Assembly (NCBI RefSeq): GCF_000420085.1
Contig: NZ_ATUG01000001.1
Coordinates: forward strand, 1,479,223-1,511,222
Source: Desulfospira joergensenii DSM 10085
GTDB lineage: Bacteria > Desulfobacterota > Desulfobacteria > Desulfobacterales > Desulfobacteraceae
Direction of reading: 5' to 3'
DNA: 32,000 nucleotides
The notes below the pieces were generated by a model that saw only the letters and a list, made by a program, of their open reading frames with translations, was not told the origin of the DNA and did no database searches. Position numbers and translations under genes: made by a program. Positions 30,680 to 32,000 of this stretch are shown piece after piece. Position 1 is the stretch's first letter; each line of letters starts with the position of its first letter.

Positions 30680-32000
30680 ATGTATGAATTCATCAGAAGG
30701 GAAAACGGCTACCGGATTGTCAAGATAGACCCGCCTGAAAACCGGGGAACTTCATTGCCTCCCCAATTGCCGGACATTAGGAATCCTTCACCGGTGGATT
30801 TCAAATCCTGGCGGAATTTTGTGGATAAAGGAACCGTAGACACGGGCCGGATCCATACACCCATTTTAAATTCATGGCAGAGATGCCGCAGCATGGGGGT
30901 GGACCCGACCCTGGGCAAATGCGAAGACATCCGCTCCATGGGAGAGCTGTCCTCGGAACTGTTCAGTTTAAAGGATATTGTATCCGATACCATCGGGTTT
31001 ATCTATGAAACGGTCAAGGACCGGGGGTTACTGGTAACCATTTCCGATGCCGGCGGGTACCTGATCTCCATGTTCGGGGACCACCGGACCCTTCTGGGGG
31101 CAGATCACCTCAACTTCGGTCCCGGAGCCAACTGGTCCGAAGGCAGCGTCGGCACCAATGCCATTGGCACGGCCCTGGCTGAAGGGCAGATGCTGCAGGT
31201 TTCCGGCAGGGAGCACTTTTGTGAAAGCCACCACTCCTGGATCTGCTCTGCAGCACCGATATTCAACCTGGACAGCCGGGTCATGGGATGCGTCGACATC
31301 TCCGGCCCCATGACTTCCGACCACAGCGACGCCTTAACCCTGGCCGTTAAAGGGGCAAGGATTCTGGAAAGCCGGCTCATCCGGTGCCAAAGCATGGAAC
31401 TGCGCCGTCAGTCCTCCCGGATCATCTCCTCGGCCTTCAACACGGTCATGACCGGTCTGATTTTCCTGGACCTTGCCGGCAGGATCCAGGTGGCCAACCC
31501 CATTGCCGCATCCCTGCTCGGGAAACAAAGCCATGAACTCATCGGATGTCCCATGGACACCTGGTGCCGGACGGCATCGGCCCTGGAAAAGATAAAGGCC
31601 GCGCCCCGTCTCTATGCGGAAAAAGGATTTTCCCTGAAATGGCGTCTGTCCAACCCCATGGATGTCCGCCTGTACCCGGTCACCACATCAAACGACGTGG
31701 TCATGGGCTTTATCCTGGTGCTCAAGGAACTTCAAGGGATCCGCCGGGCTCCCCCATTCCCGGCAAAGCCCGACCTGAACCGGGATCCCTTCCAAAGCAT
31801 CATCGGCCAGAGCAGCGCCATAAACAAGGCCCTGGAAACGGCCAGGCGTGTGGCCGACACCTCCACCACGGTTCTGATCACCGGAGACAGCGGCACGGGA
31901 AAGGAAATTCTGGCTCAGTCCCTTCACTGTTCCAGCTCCCGGTCCAAGGGCCCCTTTGTGGCGGTGAACTGCGGGGCCATCCCCCGGGAACTCATCCAGA
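30680..32000 (+). CDS. acoR: Sigma-54-dependent transcriptional activator, AcoR type (GAF-like sensor, PAS, AAA+); 3' end lies outside the window
   Basis: Absent from the ORF track because there is no in-window stop. I translated 30680-31999 codon by codon and found no stop. Motifs: SWQRCRSMGVDP, GTNAIGTALAEG, SHHSWICSAAPI, CVDISGP (AcoR-type N-terminal sensor), then FQSIIGQSSAI and Walker A VLITGDSGTGKE. Confidence 0.85.
   Translation, partial: MYEFIRRENGYRIVKIDPPENRGTSLPPQLPDIRNPSPVDFKSWRNFVDKGTVDTGRIHTPILNSWQRCRSMGVDPTLGKCEDIRSMGELSSELFSLKDIVSDTIGFIYETVKDRGLLVTISDAGGYLISMFGDHRTLLGADHLNFGPGANWSEGSVGTNAIGTALAEGQMLQVSGREHFCESHHSWICSAAPIFNLDSRVMGCVDISGPMTSDHSDALTLAVKGARILESRLIRCQSMELRRQSSRIISSAFNTVMTGLIFLDLAGRIQVANPIAASLLGKQSHELIGCPMDTWCRTASALEKIKAAPRLYAEKGFSLKWRLSNPMDVRLYPVTTSNDVVMGFILVLKELQGIRRAPPFPAKPDLNRDPFQSIIGQSSAINKALETARRVADTSTTVLITGDSGTGKEILAQSLHCSSSRSKGPFVAVNCGAIPRELIQ

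Noticed and set aside
1-32000. Search for tRNA/rRNA genes, CRISPR arrays, IS elements, integrases, phage or toxin-antitoxin modules
   Set aside because: I saw no regularly spaced direct repeats with spacers, no cloverleaf-like segments in intergenic regions, and no transposase, integrase or recombinase motifs in any listed ORF. Absence is judged by eye only.

Overview
Chromosomal-looking window of about 30 tightly packed genes. It resembles an anaerobic deltaproteobacterial (Desulfobacterota-like) genome; that taxon guess is inference from gene content and the abundance of sigma-54 promoters. I found no rRNA, tRNA, CRISPR array, transposase or integrase.

Gene content, left to right:
- a USP-receiver fusion;
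- a four-gene envelope module (PAP2 phosphatase, LtaS/sulfatase-type transferase, OmpR-type regulator, histidine kinase) preceded by tandem direct repeats;
- an ICMT-family methyltransferase;
- a 959-aa fused membrane/spermidine-synthase-like/TPR protein;
- a TAXI-type TRAP transporter (binding protein, DUF1850, fused permease);
- a decayed stretch holding a truncated, frameshifted AraC-family pseudogene;
- a TetR regulator facing a triple operator array, a consensus promoter and a monocistronic small secreted protein;
- a YkuI-like EAL phosphodiesterase;
- a six-gene YeeE-TusA-DsrE-like operon that includes three uncharacterised small proteins;
- YkgJ, YvcK and LplA;
- an AhpD-like gene;
- a non-canonical acetoin dehydrogenase cluster (acoC, a Lin0512-family gene, acoA, acoB, acoX, one small unknown gene) with a divergent, 3'-truncated acoR.

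I found four good -24/-12 (sigma-54) promoter matches by eye, upstream of the EAL gene, the YeeE operon, the AhpD-like gene and acoC. Several start codons in the ORF track are corrected from RBS and promoter positions. Two genes are missing from the track: a 56-aa ORF and the open-ended acoR.

The best candidate for an undescribed system is the sigma-54-driven YeeE/TusA/DsrE-like operon, with its orphan proteins and an elaborate upstream palindrome array. All family assignments come from motif recognition by eye, not from database searches.
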